Shown in pieces: positions 59,703-64,000 of a stretch of 64,000 bases of DNA (within the stretch, counting starts at the first letter, position 1; every line of letters begins with the position of its first letter). The position numbers and the translations under genes were made by a program. The DNA comes from a bacterium (lineage in GTDB: Bacteria; Patescibacteriota; Minisyncoccia; Phycocordibacterales; UBA9973). Below the pieces are notes generated by a model, which saw only the letters and a list, made by a program, of their open reading frames with translations, was not told the DNA's origin and ran no database searches. The stretch covers positions 16,892-80,891 of the forward strand of contig JBAWZD010000001.1 in the NCBI GenBank assembly GCA_037143195.1, read 5' to 3'.

Positions 59703-60683
59703 ATGAGTATAGCGAAACTACAAAAAAATTCGTTTTTCTTCATCGTTCTCTTTTTTTCGATGTTCGTTTTTTCGCATCAGGCCCGAGCGGCGAGTATTAC
59801 ATTTCAAACGTCATCGACGGTCGTGCACCAAGCACAAAATATTGCGATTGATGTCTTGCTTGATCCGCAAGGTCAAAATGTGAACACCGTCTCAGCGACT
59901 GTTTCAATTCCAACAGATCTTGATTATGTTGGTGTTGATGACAGCTCCTCGATTATTAGTTTGTGGGTTGATGAACCAAAGTTTGACAAGAAAACTCGTA
60001 CCATGACACTCTCAGGAATTATCCCTGGAGGATTTGCAGGATCGATTGATCCGTTTAATCCGTCTGAATACAAGGCGGGTATCCTCATTCGATTGTTACT
60101 CCGAGGCCGTACAGCAGGTTCAGGATTGTTTTCACTTCCTGATGTCGAAGCATATTTGAATGATGGTCTCGGCACACAGACCCATGTTTCATCTGGTTCG
60201 CTCCCACTCGTCGTCGATGAATTGTTGCAACCTGGATCGCTTGATTTCTTCCCAGACAACCAAGCTCCGCTTGAATTCCAGCCAGTTGTCGAACGTGATT
60301 TGCTCCTCTATGATAATCAACGCGTACTCATTTTCAATACCAAAGACAAAGGCTCAGGTATGGATCACTATGAGGTCAAAGAAGGGAATGCTTCATGGGT
60401 AGTCGCAGTAAGTCCATACCTCTTGAAAGATCAGGAGATGAAGGGAGATATTTTGGTGAAGGCGGTGGATCGTGATGGCAACGAACGTATCGAAGCTATT
60501 CCCGCAGCGAATCCGTTCAACAAATGGCAAATCGTTGGACTGTTTGTAGTGTTCATATTGCTTGTGGTGCTCACGATGATGCACCTGTCCCACCATATGC
60601 ACCATTCAATCAAGAAGCATATTGAGAAGAAAGAAACTGAAAAGGGTGGATCAGCCAAGGAGGACGTAATTCAGAAAGTATAG
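59703..60683 (+). CDS. Membrane-anchored protein with an N-terminal cohesin-like beta-sandwich domain (candidate dockerin receptor)
   Basis: Signal peptide, a cohesin-like segment (ITFQTSSTVVHQAQNIAIDVLLDP...VSATVSIPTDLDYVGVDD), and a C-terminal TM helix (IVGLFVVFILLVVLTMM) with a His/Lys-rich tail. Confidence 0.45.
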   Translation: MSIAKLQKNSFFFIVLFFSMFVFSHQARAASITFQTSSTVVHQAQNIAIDVLLDPQGQNVNTVSATVSIPTDLDYVGVDDSSSIISLWVDEPKFDKKTRTMTLSGIIPGGFAGSIDPFNPSEYKAGILIRLLLRGRTAGSGLFSLPDVEAYLNDGLGTQTHVSSGSLPLVVDELLQPGSLDFFPDNQAPLEFQPVVERDLLLYDNQRVLIFNTKDKGSGMDHYEVKEGNASWVVAVSPYLLKDQEMKGDILVKAVDRDGNERIEAIPAANPFNKWQIVGLFVVFILLVVLTMMHLSHHMHHSIKKHIEKKETEKGGSAKEDVIQKV

Positions 60684-60684
60684 T

Positions 60685-61599
60685 ATGCATATCGTAAACG
60701 CTATTTTGATTGTTCTCGGTCTCGCGATTTTTGAAATTGTCTCAAGTATCGACAATGCCGTCATCAATGCTGAAATTCTCGACACGATGAGTGCTCGTGG
60801 ACGCAAGTGGTTTATGCTTTGGGGATTTTTGTTTGCAGTCTTTGCGGTTCGTGGACTACTTCCATGGGTCATCATCTGGGCGACGAATCCTTCACTCGGA
60901 GCTGTTGGAGCGTTGACTGCAACGTTCTCAAACGATCCTCGCATCGCGGCTTCTATTGCACAATCAGCGCCACTCTTGCTCGCGGGCGGGGGAATATTTT
61001 TGGTATTTCTTTTCTTGCATTGGCTTTTCTTGGAACCAAAACAAATCGGTTTGCATCATGAACGATTCTTTTTGCGTCAGGGTGTGTGGTTTTACGGAGT
61101 CGCTGCGGTCATTCTCTCTATTGTCGTTTGGTATGGACTCAAAACAAATCCCATCATGGCGTTTGGAGCAGTCATTGGTTCCACTGCATTTTTCATCATG
61201 CATGGATTCAAAGAAAATGCCGAGCGCGCAGAAGAGAAACTCAAGAGCGGGGAGAGCAGTCGCTCTGATCTCTCAAAAATTTTGTACCTCGAAATTATTG
61301 ACGCATCGTTTTCTATCGACGGTATTTTGGGTGCATTCGCATTCACGCTCAGCGTGCCCTATATCTTGATTGGGAACGGAATCGGCGCCTTCGTCCTCCG
61401 CGAGCTCACCGTCAAAAATATCGACACCATCAAGAAATATGTCTTCCTCAAAAACGGCGCCATGTACGCCATCGGTGCACTCTCCATAATCATGCTCCTC
61501 GGCGCCTTCGGCCACGAAATCCCAGAATGGGTCTCACCTCTCGTCATGCTAGTAATTGTAGGTTATTTCTTCCATAAATCGAAAAAGGTAATTCGATAA
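60685..61599 (+). CDS. TerC/DUF475-family integral membrane protein
   Basis: Multiple TM helices. The SIDNAVINAEIL and IDASFSIDGILGAFAF paired motifs are typical of the TerC/DUF475 superfamily. Confidence 0.6.
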   Translation: MHIVNAILIVLGLAIFEIVSSIDNAVINAEILDTMSARGRKWFMLWGFLFAVFAVRGLLPWVIIWATNPSLGAVGALTATFSNDPRIAASIAQSAPLLLAGGGIFLVFLFLHWLFLEPKQIGLHHERFFLRQGVWFYGVAAVILSIVVWYGLKTNPIMAFGAVIGSTAFFIMHGFKENAERAEEKLKSGESSRSDLSKILYLEIIDASFSIDGILGAFAFTLSVPYILIGNGIGAFVLRELTVKNIDTIKKYVFLKNGAMYAIGALSIIMLLGAFGHEIPEWVSPLVMLVIVGYFFHKSKKVIR

Positions 61600-61736
61600 A
61601 AAGTCGGGGAAAATTTTAAAAATGTACTTTGCGAAGCACCCGCGGAGCGCGACGGCGCGAGCGTGAGGCGAAATTTCTTCAGAAATTTACGCCGGTGCTT
61701 CGCAAAGTACATTTTTAAAATTTTCCCCGACTTTTT
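61598..61736. repeat. 43-bp perfect inverted repeat (arms 61598-61640 and 61694-61736) around a 53-nt spacer that has its own nested palindrome (aaatttcttcagaaattt)
   Basis: The left arm aaaaagtcggggaaaattttaaaaatgtactttgcgaagcacc is the exact reverse complement of the right arm. It overlaps the TerC-like stop codon and the guaA -35 element. Confidence 0.9.
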
Positions 61737-61763
61737 GCCAAAAATACCCTTTGTATGTATAAT
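61735..61763 (+). promoter_or_regulatory. Candidate sigma70 promoter TTGCCA-17 nt-TATAAT for guaA
   Basis: Hexamers at 61735-61740 and 61758-61763. The ATG is at 61770. Confidence 0.45.
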
Positions 61764-61769
61764 CATTTC

Positions 61770-63296
61770 ATGGATACAATTCTCATCTTGGATTTCGGAG
61801 GTCAGTCGTGCCATCTTATTTCTCGCCGTTTGCGTGATTTTGGTGTCTACGCCGAAGTGCTCCCATCAGACTATTCTGCCAAACAAATCATGGCGCGTCC
61901 TGAAGTAAAGGGCGTCATTCTCTCGGGGGGTGCTCGTTCCGTCTATGAGAAGAACGCTCCCGAATTCGACAAGGCCATTTTCAATCTCGACATGCCACTT
62001 TTTGGTATTTGTTACGGTCACCAACTCCTCGCCAAACAGCTCGGCGGTACGGTAGAAAACGGCACAGTTGGTGAATATGGTCAGCAGACACTCGCCATCA
62101 CCAAGAAGACTGGACTCTTTGCAGGACTCTCAGCAAAAGAAAAAATCTGGATGAACCACAAAGATGTCGTTACAAAAATGCCTGAAGGATTTACGGTCAT
62201 CGGCAAGACATCACACTCGGCAATCGCTGCGTACGCATCAAAGGACAACAAACGCGTCGGTGTGCAATTCCACCCAGAAGTCAGTCACACCGATCACGGC
62301 ACCGAAATGCTCAAGAATTTCGCCGTGAACATTTGTAAGATCAAACCGACCTACACATCTGCAAACTTGCTCAAAGAAACAATCAAAGAAGCTAAAGATA
62401 CGATGGGTGACGAACGTGCCGTCATTGGTCTCTCGGGTGGAGTGGATTCATCTGTTGCCGCAGCGCTCGTCGCGCGTGCCATCGGCGAGAATCTCACTGC
62501 GGTCTATGTAGACACAGGACTCATGCGTGAAGGTGAGACCGACTATCTCCGCAAAGCATTTGGAGACAAAGGCCTCAAGCTCATCATCGTCGATGCAGCC
62601 AAAGAATATTTCACCGCACTCAAAGGTGTGACTGATCCAGAAACAAAGCGCAAAATCATTGGAACACTCTTCGTTCGTATTTTTGAACGCGAAGCAAAGA
62701 AGACGAAGGCACAGTGGCTCATCCAAGGTACGATTTATTCTGATCGCATCGAAAGTGGTCTCACGAAACATTCTGCAAACATCAAGAGTCACCACAACGT
62801 CGGAGGACTGCCAAAAGATTTGGGACTCAAACTCTATGAACCACTTCGTGATCTCTACAAAGACGAAGTACGCACACTCGCGAAGACACTCAAACTTCCA
62901 AAAGAAATCACCGACAGACAGGTCTTCCCAGGCCCAGGTCTTGCGATTCGTATCATTGGTGAAGTGACTCCAGAGCGTGCCGCTATCGTCCGTAAGGCAG
63001 GGCACATCATCGAGAGCGAGCTCATGCACACGAAACATTGGAAAGATATTTGGATGAGTTTTGCGGTATTCCTTCCGGTGCAGTCTGTCGGTATCTCAGG
63101 TGACGAACGTTCGTACAAGCATCCGCTCGTCCTTCGTATCGTTGAATCGCGCGATGCCATGAGTGCAAACTTTGCCAAGCTTCCGTACGAAATTCTTGAG
63201 ACCATCTCAACTCGTCTCACAAACGAAATCAAAGAAATCAACCGTGTCGTCTACGACATCACCAACAAACCACCAGCAACAATGGAGTGGGAATAG
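61770..63296 (+). CDS. guaA: GMP synthase (glutamine-hydrolysing)
   Basis: GATase1 (ILILDFGGQS...CYGHQL), an ATP-PPase SGGVDSSV loop, and the C-terminal dimerisation domain. The 61770 start is preferred because the -10 box overlaps the 61755 ATG. Confidence 0.92.
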   Translation: MDTILILDFGGQSCHLISRRLRDFGVYAEVLPSDYSAKQIMARPEVKGVILSGGARSVYEKNAPEFDKAIFNLDMPLFGICYGHQLLAKQLGGTVENGTVGEYGQQTLAITKKTGLFAGLSAKEKIWMNHKDVVTKMPEGFTVIGKTSHSAIAAYASKDNKRVGVQFHPEVSHTDHGTEMLKNFAVNICKIKPTYTSANLLKETIKEAKDTMGDERAVIGLSGGVDSSVAAALVARAIGENLTAVYVDTGLMREGETDYLRKAFGDKGLKLIIVDAAKEYFTALKGVTDPETKRKIIGTLFVRIFEREAKKTKAQWLIQGTIYSDRIESGLTKHSANIKSHHNVGGLPKDLGLKLYEPLRDLYKDEVRTLAKTLKLPKEITDRQVFPGPGLAIRIIGEVTPERAAIVRKAGHIIESELMHTKHWKDIWMSFAVFLPVQSVGISGDERSYKHPLVLRIVESRDAMSANFAKLPYEILETISTRLTNEIKEINRVVYDITNKPPATMEWE

Positions 63297-63299
63297 AGC

Positions 63300-64000
63300 A
63301 TGAAAATCAATGACAATTATAGAGCAGTGACGAATCGAGACGTCGTCTCGACGTATTGGCACAGCCTCAAAAAACGAGCGTGGCTTTTCTATGTGTCGAT
63401 TGTCATGATTGTGCTTGCGTCGATAATGGAACTTACGTATCCAATCTTCTACAAAAAATTCTTCGACGTGCTTACGGTGAGTACACCAAACCCAATCACG
63501 GCGAATAGTCTTGTGCATATCATTGTGATTATTCTCGGAGCACATATCGTCGCATGGGTTGGGTGGCGTGTTTCGACATTCGCGACGATTCGATATCAAG
63601 TCGCAACGATGTCGGATATCAAAACGAACGCATTCGAATATATCGGAGGTCACTCACAAACATTTTTTGCCAATACCTTTATCGGATCGCTTGTTCAGCG
63701 TGTGAGTCGTGCTGCGAAGGCGTTTGAAACCATTTTTGATAATCTGAGTTGGAACCTTATTCCGCTCATTGTGCAGATCGTGGGATACACGATCGTGCTT
63801 TCGATCGAGAAGCCGTTGTTTGCGGTATTGATTGTCTCATGGGGTCTGTTGTTCATTGGATTCAATTTTTTCTTTGCGCGATATAAGATGAAATTTGATA
63901 TAAAGAAATCAGAAGCCGATTCTCGCACGACAGGCGCGCTCGCCGATGCGCTCACAAATCATACGACCATCAATCTTTTTACAGGAGATGATTTTGAAAA
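63300..64000 (+). CDS. ABC exporter transmembrane domain (MsbA-like), 5' portion only; runs off the window
   Basis: Open frame from the ATG at 63300 with no stop. TM helices and coupling-helix pattern typical of type I ABC exporters. Confidence 0.6.
   Translation, partial: MKINDNYRAVTNRDVVSTYWHSLKKRAWLFYVSIVMIVLASIMELTYPIFYKKFFDVLTVSTPNPITANSLVHIIVIILGAHIVAWVGWRVSTFATIRYQVATMSDIKTNAFEYIGGHSQTFFANTFIGSLVQRVSRAAKAFETIFDNLSWNLIPLIVQIVGYTIVLSIEKPLFAVLIVSWGLLFIGFNFFFARYKMKFDIKKSEADSRTTGALADALTNHTTINLFTGDDFE

Noticed and set aside
61755-61769. Upstream ATG for guaA
   Set aside because: It overlaps the TATAAT -10 element. The ATG at 61770 gives the canonical GMP synthase N-terminus.

Overview
Densely packed, almost entirely plus-strand bacterial window; my estimate is about 45-50% GC. 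Short rpoB (1071 aa) and rpoC (1210 aa), short UvrA/UvrC, a lysine-rich tail on RpoD, a type IV pilin and many large low-complexity surface proteins suggest a reduced-genome, Gram-positive-like lineage such as Patescibacteria/CPR. That assignment is inference only. Core genes: rpsP, a KH-domain protein, typA, a nitroreductase, a MacAB-like adaptor/permease/ATPase efflux operon, trmD, rpoB-rpoC, dnaG-rpoD, proA-proB-proC, a GT2 glycosyltransferase, tsf and rpsB (minus strand), proS, mreB-mreC, tgt, uvrB-x-uvrA-uvrC, ddl, guaA, and a partial ABC exporter at the 3' edge. Two tRNAs lie on the minus strand: Thr-TGT at 32020-32095 and Ala-TGC at 47260-47332. Accessory content: an AT-rich higB/higA-like toxin-antitoxin pair beside a SWIB-domain gene just upstream of rpoB; a 563-aa Cys-rich double zinc-ribbon protein; and a ~14 kb surface-protein island (46.7-60.7 kb) running from the pilin gene and tRNA-Ala to a TerC-like gene. 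The island holds a 2233-aa beta-helix-repeat giant protein with a ~200-bp near-identical internal direct repeat, then the main candidate for a new system: a Csc/WxL-like cell-surface locus. The locus comprises two paralogous secreted proteins that share a ~180-aa C-terminal domain ending in G-x-Y-x-x-T-I-T-Y-L-x-x-G-N-F (a Y-for-W variant of the WxL motif) and a DUF916-like protein with a C-terminal membrane anchor. A dockerin protein and a membrane-anchored cohesin-like protein follow. Also notable: a 43-bp perfect inverted repeat abutting the guaA promoter, a long-range stem in the rpoB 5' leader, and several clean intrinsic terminators. No rRNA, CRISPR array or obvious transposase was seen.
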